64,000 nt of DNA from Candidatus Pacearchaeota archaeon. Lineage in GTDB: Archaea; Nanobdellota; Nanobdellia; Pacearchaeales; GW2011-AR1. Of the stretch, positions 18,181 to 27,035 are shown one piece after another. Every line of letters begins with the position of its first letter. Positions within the stretch are counted from its first letter, which is position 1. The translations under genes were made by a program, and so were the position numbers. The stretch covers positions 1,531 to 65,530 of the forward strand of contig JBAZOZ010000002.1 in assembly GCA_041648455.1 (NCBI GenBank), given 5' to 3'. The notes under the pieces are model-generated. The model worked only from the letters and a program-made list of their open reading frames with translations. It was not told the origin of the DNA and made no database searches.

Positions 18181-18813
18181 TTTGAAAAATTCCTGTTTTT
18201 GAAAGGCAAAAAACTTCTTGTTTTTTTCATTTTCTTTTTATTAACATCATTTCAACAATGACAGAAAATATTAGTGCTCCTATTGAGAGATTAATATCCA
18301 CTGCGTTGAAACATGCGGTTTTTAATGTTCTTATTCCTATGAGGAATATCACTGCAAAGTCAATTAGCAAAGGCAGTATTCTTAACATCCTAAATTATTC
18401 CAAATGCCCTCGCTAATAAAACCACAATGATTATTATTCCTATTATCCATAATATCTTATCTAAATTTCTTTGCAACCAATTAGTCTTCTTCACCATCTT
18501 TTATAATTTTGTTATGTCAATATAGTTTTTAAATTTGTTTATTTTAATCGTGCTTGTAAACTCGCAGATTCTCTTTCCCACCCAACCCGCGCCTGTGATT
18601 TGTTATTATCTTTAAATTTGTCAAATCACAAATGCTCTGCTCCCATTTCGAATTTATTATTTAATTTAAAGACGGTAAATTCAAAATGTTCGCCAACCCA
18701 GATAACGTCAACAAATGTTTTATCATTATTATCTAAATACATTAATTAGTTAAACAAATTATCTCAAGAGTTTTTATGTGATCTTCTTTTCTTCAAATTC
18801 AAAAACCAAAATC

Positions 18814-20586
18814 TTATTCCATTCTATTTCCGCTTAATCTGCTTCCTTGCTGTCCAGGTGTTTGACCGCCGAGTTCCGACGGCAATTGTGAAAAACCTGC
18901 ACCGAAAATATTATAATTTCCTTGAGGCAACATTGTTCCATAACCCGAAAAATATCCTTGTTGAAATCCGGTTGATTGATTCCAATATGGAGCCATTTTC
19001 ATTGAATAAATTGGAGAACCGAAAGCTTCTAGAGATTCCTGAACTGGCGGAGATTTAAAATGCTGCCACCAACTTGCTGCTTCTATAACTTTTTTCGCTT
19101 CAAAACCTTCCTTGCCTAATTTTTCCATCATTTCTTTTATCGGAACATTTCCCATACCCATCGGCAATTCAGTATGTTCAAATCCAAAATTATCAGAAAG
19201 ATGAATATGTTTCAGAAGCGGTTTTATTTTTTCTGTTTCTTCAACAATATCTTTTGATTCGTAACCGTATTTTCTCATCATATTTATATGGCCGACATCC
19301 CAAGTTACTCCGATTAATTTTTCTGCCTGACTTTTTGCTTCGCTTTCCGAAAGACCTTTTTCTCTTCCTATTTTAACAAATTCATCTCTTGCTTTCTCTA
19401 CGATTTCTTTAAGTTCATGTCCCCTTGAAAAAGCTCCGCCAGCAGGAGGATTTTCAATTGCGATTATCGGTGCTGCTTTCCACTTTCCTTCTCTAACTTT
19501 TTCATAAGAATCCCAAGCAACATTCGCAAAAGTCTTTATTGTTTTTTCTTTTGCAAATTCATCGAGGGGTTTATAAATTTCTGGAATTGAAATCCTATTA
19601 TTTAAAGTTTCTAATCCACTTGCAAGAATTTCTTTGGTTAATTCTACTCTTCTCAAACTATCTTGAGGTAATTCATTGATTTTAGTTACCTTAGATTCTA
19701 TTTCTTTTTTAAGTGCATCTAATTTTGGTTTATCTTCGTGTGTTGCATTATTGTATGCTAAATTATAAAGTTCTTTTAATTCCCTGTAAGAATCATTTAA
19801 AAATGCTGTTCCAATATTATAATTTGAAAGAGCTTTTTTTTCTTCTGGCAATAATTCTTTTCCTGCTTCTTTTTCTGCTTTTGCTCCTAATCTAAGATAT
19901 TTTGTTGACTCAATAAATTCTCCTGCCCTTTCAGTATTGTAGGCCAAGTGTGATAGTGAAGAACGCCAAGTTTGTTCATTTTGCTTCTTAATTTCATTTT
20001 TTATTTCTTTGGATTCTTCTCCCGGGAAATTTCTTTCTTTTAAGGAAATTCTATTGATTGAACCTGTTTCTGGATTTATCATCAATCCTTCTTCAACTTC
20101 TCCTCTCTTGGGTTTTATTTGTCCGGGAAGAATTGCAGAAGAATGAAATACAATTGGAGAATTTCCGTCTGGATTTATTTCATGTGCTCTCTCTACGGCA
20201 AATTTCATTTGCCTTTCTGCTGCCTGTCTGCCCGTTTCACTCCACCCTTCTTTTGTAAAACCGGAAGCCTCAATCAGAGGACCGTGAACAGTTACATCGA
20301 CGCCAGTTAGTTTTGAAAGCCTGTTAATTTCTTTCAAATGTTGTTGAGGAATAGATTCAAAAACTTCGGGACTAACTCCTTCCAACTCAATATGTTTTAC
20401 TCCGGTTGATAATTTAGAAGACATTTCTTGAAGCCAGTTCGCATTTCTTGGGTCTGTTGTTAATGCAAATTGTCCTGCGGGGATATGAGTTCCAACGAAA
20501 CCATATCCATAACCTTTTTCAGGGTCGAGAGAAGAATATCCTCCCTGATATAAATCGCTTGTTTTATACTCTTTTTTTTCTACCAC
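18814..20586 (-). CDS. Xylose-isomerase-like TIM-barrel (sugar-phosphate isomerase/epimerase family) protein with large insertion and Q/G/Y-rich low-complexity C-terminal tail
   Basis: IELEGVSPEVFE near the N-terminus and VTWDVGHINMM...HIHLSDN near the C-terminus. Tail YWNQSTGFQQGYFSGYGTMLPQGNYNIFGAGFSQLP. Confidence 0.45.
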   Translation of the reverse strand: MVEKKEYKTSDLYQGGYSSLDPEKGYGYGFVGTHIPAGQFALTTDPRNANWLQEMSSKLSTGVKHIELEGVSPEVFESIPQQHLKEINRLSKLTGVDVTVHGPLIEASGFTKEGWSETGRQAAERQMKFAVERAHEINPDGNSPIVFHSSAILPGQIKPKRGEVEEGLMINPETGSINRISLKERNFPGEESKEIKNEIKKQNEQTWRSSLSHLAYNTERAGEFIESTKYLRLGAKAEKEAGKELLPEEKKALSNYNIGTAFLNDSYRELKELYNLAYNNATHEDKPKLDALKKEIESKVTKINELPQDSLRRVELTKEILASGLETLNNRISIPEIYKPLDEFAKEKTIKTFANVAWDSYEKVREGKWKAAPIIAIENPPAGGAFSRGHELKEIVEKARDEFVKIGREKGLSESEAKSQAEKLIGVTWDVGHINMMRKYGYESKDIVEETEKIKPLLKHIHLSDNFGFEHTELPMGMGNVPIKEMMEKLGKEGFEAKKVIEAASWWQHFKSPPVQESLEAFGSPIYSMKMAPYWNQSTGFQQGYFSGYGTMLPQGNYNIFGAGFSQLPSELGGQTPGQQGSRLSGNRME

Positions 20587-20648
20587 TTTGAATTTTTCCT
20601 AAATTTAAAGGACAGAAAATTTTCTTAAATTTTCTGTATGTTTATATT

Positions 20649-20876
20649 TTATTTAATGTGTTTTTTAAAATCATTTGCTAAATGTGAAAAGGAGTTCTCT
20701 AATGATAAAAATCGTGATTCTAATTTAATAAGTCTTGTATTAATTGTAAACAGAAAAGTGATAATCAATATCAATAATGCCTGCTCAAATGTGGGTGAGT
20801 GACCAAAGATATACCATAAAGATACAATTATTGAAATTATAAATAAAATCCAAATTATTATATCTATTATTTTCAT
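20649..20876 (-). CDS. Small membrane protein (75 aa)
   Basis: N-terminal TM IIIWILFIISIIVSLWYIF. Confidence 0.35.
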   Translation of the reverse strand: MKIIDIIIWILFIISIIVSLWYIFGHSPTFEQALLILIITFLFTINTRLIKLESRFLSLENSFSHLANDFKKHIK

Positions 20877-21204
20877 ATTATCCTCCCTTGAAAAATGAGA
20901 CCACCCATACAGTTAACGCTAAAGCAAGCAATATCCAAGCAATTATTTTCATCCAATCAAATCTCATTTTATTATTAGTAATTTTTAATTTATATATTTA
21001 TTGAATTAGATATTGATAATTTAATAGTTAAACAAATATACCTTTTCCCGCCCAACTCGCGCCCGTGATTTGTTATTATATTTAATTTGTCAAATCACAA
21101 ACGCTCGCCCAACCCAGATAATCTATTTTTATGATTTATACATTAACAATTTTCAGCAAAGAGCCTTAGATTTATCTTGGTTCGAGGCGATTAATTTCTA
21201 CTTT

Positions 21205-21756
21205 TCACAGCCTTGTTTTCTTATATTTCCTTTCTTCTCTTTCAAATGGGAGATTTCTTTCATGCTCAAGAAATTCCGCACCGATAAATCTTGAATTTAT
21301 TGTTTCTTTTTCTGAAAGATTCATTTGTTCCATAGGATTGACAAAATGAGCCTGCCTCATCGTATTTTCCCTCGGAGTTAAGACTGGAGCTTCGATTCTT
21401 GATTCATATCTTTTTTCTAAATTTTCTATTTGCCTTATATTGTAATCGTTTGTATTTCTTATATCATAGTTTCTTATTCCGGTTTCTCTATTTTCTGTTG
21501 CGGGGGTTGTTGGAATTTCTTGTTCAGGAGGAATATTTTGTCTCGGATTTGATTCTAAAATTGGAGTGATTAATTTTCCTGTTGAGTGCATAAATTCCTG
21601 AAATTGCTCTGTTTGAATTTCCTTGGTTTCTTTTACAATTTCTTTTTCAAGATTTTCTTTTTCAGGAATTTCGATTTGAGTTTTTTGAAGTTTAGAAAAT
21701 AATTCATTGAGTTGTTTTTTATTCAGCTTTATCTTTTTATCGCTCTTTTTTTTCAT
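21205..21756 (-). CDS. Hypothetical low-complexity protein (183 aa)
   Basis: ORF track. Confidence 0.35.
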   Translation of the reverse strand: MKKKSDKKIKLNKKQLNELFSKLQKTQIEIPEKENLEKEIVKETKEIQTEQFQEFMHSTGKLITPILESNPRQNIPPEQEIPTTPATENRETGIRNYDIRNTNDYNIRQIENLEKRYESRIEAPVLTPRENTMRQAHFVNPMEQMNLSEKETINSRFIGAEFLEHERNLPFEREERKYKKTRL

Positions 21757-21982
21757 AAGCTTAAGAAGAATGAGAAATATTTAAGGTTGGTGGTTTGGGG
21801 AATAAATTTAAATAAGATGTTTGGTTTATTGTTAAAAAGTAGGGGAAGATGAAAATAAATGCCGGATTTAAATGAAATGTTGAAACCAACCTGGAAGCAT
21901 ATGGCAGGAACTGGCCTCATTTCTGAAGAAGTTAGAAAAAAAGATATAAAGAAACAATACAATTAGGCCTCTTCAAGAATTT

Positions 21983-22119
21983 TACGTGTAGCTCACCATT
22001 GAAGACAACCTACGGGTTTCTCTCACACACTCTCCCTCTCGTATCGGATGGGCGATTTCTTTCCAATGCCTCCGATAAAAATCGCATCGCCTTCGCTGCA
22101 CTACGTGTAGCTCACCATT
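21983..22119 (+). repeat. Insertion-like element: 18-nt direct repeats (tacgtgtagctcaccatt at 21983..22000 and 22102..22119) flanking a hairpin GCGATTTC...TGCCTCCGA...AAAATCGC (22052..22084)
   Basis: The direct repeat encodes the C-terminus plus stop (MVSYT*) of gene 22101..23513, which is duplicated. The hairpin is the same family as the tRNA-Gly intron hairpin. Confidence 0.6.
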
Positions 22120-23513
22120 CCATGAGATTTCTTGTAAATATCGAATAAATTAAATATTGTATCAGATGCCTTTTTTGCGGCTAATGGACGGACATGCTCT
22201 TTTTCAACCCAGTCGTCAACTTTTACTATTACATCTTTTTTGTTTTCTTTTTTATCTGATTTTTTTCCTTCTTTTTTGTCATAACCACCGATTAAAGCCA
22301 TGAAAGGATTTGAATTATCTTTTGATTTTTCTTTTTCCTTATCTTCTTTTTCTTCCAAAAATTCATTTATTTCTTCCTGCATTTGATCAAGACTTTCTGT
22401 TGTTGTGCCCTCAATTAAAGACAAAACATCTCCTAAATCGGATTTTTCCAATTCATAATTTAATTTTTTTAGTTCATCTTCGTTTAACGCGTAAGCCCGG
22501 AAAGTTATTTCAGATTTTCCTATAAAATTTCCCTGCTGTGGAACTGCTAAAAAAACAAAATCCACCAATACGCAAGAATAATATTTTCTTTTTCCCTTTA
22601 ATGATCTGGACTTGTAAAAATCCTGCGGCAAATCGCCTGCGAGCGCAGCGTCGTCAACTTTCATTTCTGATTTTCCTAGCAAGGTTAATTCAAGAATAGT
22701 TCTGTTAAATGCATTTACTGCGTAAGGATTTCTTCCTTGTTCTTTCATCTCGAGTTTTTGTGCTGCTAATAAATATGGTCTTACCCAACGAGAATAAAGT
22801 TTTACATTATTAACCTGGCTTCTTAAATAAGTTCTTTCAATTTCGTATCTTTTCCTCAATTCTTTTTCAGATTGCGTGAGCCATAAATTAAATTCAAGAA
22901 TTCTCGGTTTCAGAATTCTTTTTACTCTATCATTCAAATCAATTTTATCTACATCTTTCTCATCTTTTACTGCAAGAAATGCGTCTCTTAGCGTCTGGAA
23001 TCCTAATTGCCCGGTTGTCATTGCATGAATGCTACCCTGGCTTCTCTGTAAATCAACTTTGTCAAGCCAGATTTGTTTTAAAGAAAGCTTTGCGGCTTCC
23101 GAAGTATTTTCATTTTTTGATTTCAAATCGTCGTAAACTTGCAGTCTTATTTTAAATTCTTTCAAATCGTAAATTATATTTAAAATGCTTCGTGTTAAAA
23201 CTCCGACGCTCTGCATCATCTTTGAAGCTTCTTCTTGCATTCTCGCCATCTTCATTCCAGATTCTGAAAAGTGCGGGCCTCCAGGCATTGAAGAAAAATT
23301 ATCAATAAGCTTTTCGGTTGATAATCCAAAATCATTCATTAAGTCAATTATAAAATAATAAATCGGCTCGAGGGTTTCTGCGTATGACTCGTAAGATAAG
23401 GAGTGTTCGGACTCGGGCACAGAATCAATTAAACCTTTTTTCTTTTTTTCTATTCTTTTTTTGTAATAAGGAGAAATTTCTTCGATTATGCCGTGAATTG
23501 TTTTTACTTCCAT
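22101..23513 (-). CDS. Hypothetical protein (470 aa)
   Basis: ORF track; no recognisable motif. Confidence 0.45.
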   Translation of the reverse strand: MEVKTIHGIIEEISPYYKKRIEKKKKGLIDSVPESEHSLSYESYAETLEPIYYFIIDLMNDFGLSTEKLIDNFSSMPGGPHFSESGMKMARMQEEASKMMQSVGVLTRSILNIIYDLKEFKIRLQVYDDLKSKNENTSEAAKLSLKQIWLDKVDLQRSQGSIHAMTTGQLGFQTLRDAFLAVKDEKDVDKIDLNDRVKRILKPRILEFNLWLTQSEKELRKRYEIERTYLRSQVNNVKLYSRWVRPYLLAAQKLEMKEQGRNPYAVNAFNRTILELTLLGKSEMKVDDAALAGDLPQDFYKSRSLKGKRKYYSCVLVDFVFLAVPQQGNFIGKSEITFRAYALNEDELKKLNYELEKSDLGDVLSLIEGTTTESLDQMQEEINEFLEEKEDKEKEKSKDNSNPFMALIGGYDKKEGKKSDKKENKKDVIVKVDDWVEKEHVRPLAAKKASDTIFNLFDIYKKSHGMVSYT

Positions 23514-23642
23514 ACTTATATTGAGTAATCAAGATATTTAAAATGTTTTGCTTGTCACTTTATACAATAATACTTAAAAATGAGGGGCACCAAGGTTCCC
23601 CTTACACTAACCCCTCCTTATAATAATACTTAAAAACATCTG

Positions 23643-24020
23643 TTGTTTAACTTATTCATGGGTTTGTTTGGACTTGGTAAAAAAAGGGTTGTCGATTTGA
23701 CTGAAAATTATAAACAGCAGGAGCGTGCGAAAAAGATTATGGAAAATTCCGCAAAATCAAAACAAACGCCGTCTAAGTACGAAAATTCTATCAGTTCAGA
23801 TGCTTTGGATTTTTTTGCGAATAAAATGTCCACAAATGAAGTTTCTAACGACGATAGTTCTGATTATTCTGACGATTCTGGAGAAGATAAAAAGAAAAAA
23901 CTTGCGAAAAGATTAATGGATATGACAGATAAAATAGAGGATTTGTCAAACCAGATTTATCATCTTCAACAGCGGATTGAAGTTCTTGAACAAAAGCTAA
24001 GAGTCGGACTTAAAAATTAG
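23643..24020 (+). CDS. Hypothetical acidic/coiled-coil protein (125 aa)
   Basis: ORF track. Confidence 0.35.
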   Translation: MFNLFMGLFGLGKKRVVDLTENYKQQERAKKIMENSAKSKQTPSKYENSISSDALDFFANKMSTNEVSNDDSSDYSDDSGEDKKKKLAKRLMDMTDKIEDLSNQIYHLQQRIEVLEQKLRVGLKN

Positions 24021-24029
24021 ATTTATCTA

Positions 24030-24323
24030 TCACTCTTGACTCTTGCAACAATGACATGCACACTTCAGATTAGTTATAAATCCTAAATCAGTTTCTCCGG
24101 CTAAACAGGAAGTTGTTTTAAAATCCTGTGCTGTTCTTACAACGCCACCGATGCCAATACAATCCGCCTCGGAATTTATATTCTGACTATCATTAAAATC
24201 TGGAATATTGTTTTCGGATGGAGAAGACTTGATAAAGAAAAAATAAGCGATAAAAATTGCAGAAACAACCAATATTGCAATAATAACAAAGATGGTGATT
24301 TGGCTTTTTTTGACTTTTTTCAT
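24030..24323 (-). CDS. Small secreted Cys-rich protein (N-terminal TM/signal, 7 Cys)
   Basis: QITIFVIIAILVVSAIFIAYFFF then ...CIGIGG...CLAG...CACHCC. Confidence 0.45.
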   Translation of the reverse strand: MKKVKKSQITIFVIIAILVVSAIFIAYFFFIKSSPSENNIPDFNDSQNINSEADCIGIGGVVRTAQDFKTTSCLAGETDLGFITNLKCACHCCKSQE

Positions 24324-24452
24324 ATATGTTTTAATATCTTCAAGTTTTTAAATCTAATGCAGAAAACAAATTTTGTTTTCTGCCTCACAAACTTTTAAAG
24401 AAAATGAAAAGTTCGTGATGGTAACTTTTATTAACTAATTTATTTTTATTGT

Positions 24453-24709
24453 TTGATGAATATGAAAATACAAAAATTTCTAATTTTTGTCCTTCAAAAA
24501 CAAGAAGTTTTAGAAGAAATAGGAAATTTTTTACCTTTTACAGAAATTAGAAATTTCTGTCCTACGGAAAATAGGAAAAACAAAAAAGTTTTTCATCTCT
24601 CCAAATCAAGAAGATTTGAAGATAAGAAATTTTCCGTCCCGTTCAAAACGGGAGATTTTGAAGGTTACAAAACAGGAAGTTTTGAAAGTAAAAATAGGAA
24701 ATTTGAAAA
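24453..24709 (+). repeat. AGGAA-core module array upstream of the GluRS-like gene; the first 80 nt are a conserved block shared with 39489.. and 62373..
   Basis: atgaaaatacaaaaatttctaatttttgtccttcaaaaacaagaagttttagaagaaataggaaattttttacctttta...aacaggaagttttgaaagtaaaaataggaaatttgaaaaATG. Confidence 0.8.
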
Positions 24710-25906
24710 ATGAAAAATCTCGATAAAAAAATTCGTGCTTACGCTTTGAAGAATGCAATTGCTTATGAAGGAAAGGCACGACAGGGTGCGGTTATTTCTG
24801 GATTGTTTGCTGAGGGTTTGAAGAAAGAAGATGTGAAGAAAATTATTAAAGATGTCTCAAAAATTGTTAATGAAGTAAACAAACTTTCTCTGGAAGAACA
24901 GGAAAAAGAATTTGAAAAATTAAAAAAAGAGACTCACGAAAGAGAGCATAGAGAAGGTTTGGAAGAATTGCCGAATGCAAATAAGGGAGTTGTTATGAGA
25001 TTCAGGCCATCTCCTTCCGGACCATTACATATTGGGCACATAATTTCAAATATAGTTAATTCTCTTTACGTTAAAAAATATGGCGGAAAATTTTATGTAA
25101 TTATCGACGATACAAACCCAGAAAATGTTTTGAAGGATTCTTATAAAAAAATCAAGGAAGATTGCGACTGGGTTTTTGGAAATGTCACAAAATATCTTAA
25201 TTCTTCGGATAGAATGGTATTGTATTACAGGTATGCAGAAGATTTAATTAATAAAAAATTTGCTTATGTCTGCACTTGTTCTGCTGAAAGATTTAGAAAG
25301 TTTTCTGAATTTCAAGAAGATTGTCCGTGCAGAAATAATGAACTGAAAGAAAATATTTATAGATGGAAAAAGATGTTTGATGAATATAAAGAAGGCGAAG
25401 CAGTTTTGAGATTTAAAACTCAAGAAGGAATGAAACATCCAAATCCTGCGATGCGAGATTTTCCTCTTGCAAGAATAAATCTGACAGAGCATCCCTTGCA
25501 AAAGAAAAAATATCGAGTTTGGCCGTTGATGAATCTTGCCGTCGCTGTCGATGATATTGAATTGAAGACCACGCATATTATTAGAGGAAAGGACCACAGA
25601 GATAATGCAGAGAGGCAGAAAATGATTTTTGAAGTTTTTGGAAAGAAATATCCGTGGAGTTTTTTTATGGGAAGAATAAAATTTAAAGATTTAGTTTTGT
25701 CAAAGAGAAAGATTACGCAGGCAATCGAATCAGGTGAGTTTTCTGGAGTCGAGGATGAAAGACTTCCAACTATTGCATCTTTAAGAAAAAGAAAATACAA
25801 TATGAAAGTTTTCGAGAGATTTGCAGAACAGAGAGGACTTACAGAAGTGGACAAAGTTGTTGATTCAAAAGAATTTTTCTTGATTTTGGATAGTTTTAAC
25901 AAGTAA
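24710..25906 (+). CDS. gltX: Archaeal/eukaryal-type GluRS-like catalytic domain with N-terminal GatB/YqeY-like helical domain; canonical C-terminal anticodon-binding domain absent (398 aa)
   Basis: RFRPSPSGPLHIGH (HIGH motif) and VLSKRK (KMSKS variant); only about 65 aa follow the KMSKS. The N-terminal 90 aa (IRAYALKNAIAYEGKARQGAVISGLFAEG) are YqeY-like. Confidence 0.7.
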   Translation: MKNLDKKIRAYALKNAIAYEGKARQGAVISGLFAEGLKKEDVKKIIKDVSKIVNEVNKLSLEEQEKEFEKLKKETHEREHREGLEELPNANKGVVMRFRPSPSGPLHIGHIISNIVNSLYVKKYGGKFYVIIDDTNPENVLKDSYKKIKEDCDWVFGNVTKYLNSSDRMVLYYRYAEDLINKKFAYVCTCSAERFRKFSEFQEDCPCRNNELKENIYRWKKMFDEYKEGEAVLRFKTQEGMKHPNPAMRDFPLARINLTEHPLQKKKYRVWPLMNLAVAVDDIELKTTHIIRGKDHRDNAERQKMIFEVFGKKYPWSFFMGRIKFKDLVLSKRKITQAIESGEFSGVEDERLPTIASLRKRKYNMKVFERFAEQRGLTEVDKVVDSKEFFLILDSFNK

Positions 25907-26111
25907 CTAAATGTAAATCCCCAACATAAGATTTTTATACTGGATTTCCTTGCGTAAATATATCGTTTGAGAATTACAATTCAATTTGAATTGAATAAAA
26001 TGAATATTCGGCAAAATCAAAAACACAAGATTTTGCTGGCGCAGAAAACCTTCGGTTTTCTGAGAATTCATTTTTGAAATAAGACGAAAGATGAATTTGA
26101 AAGGAGGTAAG

Positions 26112-26576
26112 ATGATAACTAACAAAAAGGGTTTGTCAACAGTTGTGACAACACTGATACTAATTCTTTTGGTTTTAGTAGCTATAGGAATTGTTTGGGT
26201 TGTTGTTCGTGGATTAATTGGAACTACAGAATCCCAAATTGATATTCAGAAGAAGTGTATTGGAATTGATTTAGAAATAACAAGTGCTAGTTGCATTCAA
26301 GATGTTGGATTAACAACATATACTTGTAGAGCTAAAGTTGGAAAGAGTGGTGGTGAAACACCGAGTGGAATCTTAGCAAGTTTCAGCGATGCTACTCAAA
26401 CTGTAGGGAGTGGGAGAATAACAACAGGGATTAGTTTAACAAATAATATCCAAGCAACTGGAGTGACTGCAAATCCAAACAAAATTACTGTTGCTGCGTA
26501 TTTCACGGATCCAAATGATGCAACTAAGGAATCTTTTTGCTCGCAGACAGTGGATTCAAGAGTTCCGTATCCTTAA
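26112..26576 (+). CDS. Archaeal type IV pilin-like protein (class III signal peptide)
   Basis: MITNKKG|LSTVVTTLILILLVLVAIGIVW with GGAGGT 4 nt upstream of ATG 26112. The track ORF starts 7 codons earlier. Confidence 0.5.
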   Translation: MITNKKGLSTVVTTLILILLVLVAIGIVWVVVRGLIGTTESQIDIQKKCIGIDLEITSASCIQDVGLTTYTCRAKVGKSGGETPSGILASFSDATQTVGSGRITTGISLTNNIQATGVTANPNKITVAAYFTDPNDATKESFCSQTVDSRVPYP

Positions 26577-26713
26577 TTTTTATCTTTTTATAATTCTTAT
26601 TTTTTATTATTTTAAAAGACTTAGTTGGAAATGGGCTCGTAAACTCGCATATTGACTACGAAATCGACTTTGTCAGATTTCTCCGTCGAGAAAATTGTTA
26701 ATGCAAAAAGAAT

Positions 26714-27013
26714 TTATGGAATTATTAATGGTTTCTCTTCTTTTTGAGTTAGGTATCTGTGAACTGATTTGAATGTTGGGAATTCTGTAAATTCATATCT
26801 TAATAATCCCAATACTGCCTTTAATGCTGTTGGTTCATCAACAATATCCTGAGGTCGAAGAAACGCCTTATTACATTCTTCTGTATAAATAGTACTGTCC
26901 TCTCTTGCAAACATTAGATAAGCACAATCGGCAACTTTGAGAGCAGCTAGACCTTCAAGAGCAATAATTCCACCAACAATAATAGTTGGGATTACCATTG
27001 ATTCTAATTCCAT
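26714..27013 (-). CDS. Hypothetical small protein (99 aa)
   Basis: ORF track. Confidence 0.35.
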   Translation of the reverse strand: MELESMVIPTIIVGGIIALEGLAALKVADCAYLMFAREDSTIYTEECNKAFLRPQDIVDEPTALKAVLGLLRYEFTEFPTFKSVHRYLTQKEEKPLIIP

Positions 27014-27035
27014 TCTTTAAAATAATTAATCTAGT

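Noticed and set aside
24453-24713. ORFs 24453..24713 and 29046..29309 and the N-terminal extensions of 45403.. and 51557..
   Set aside because: They are encoded entirely by the AGGAA-core AT-rich repeat arrays and are likely non-coding upstream sequence.
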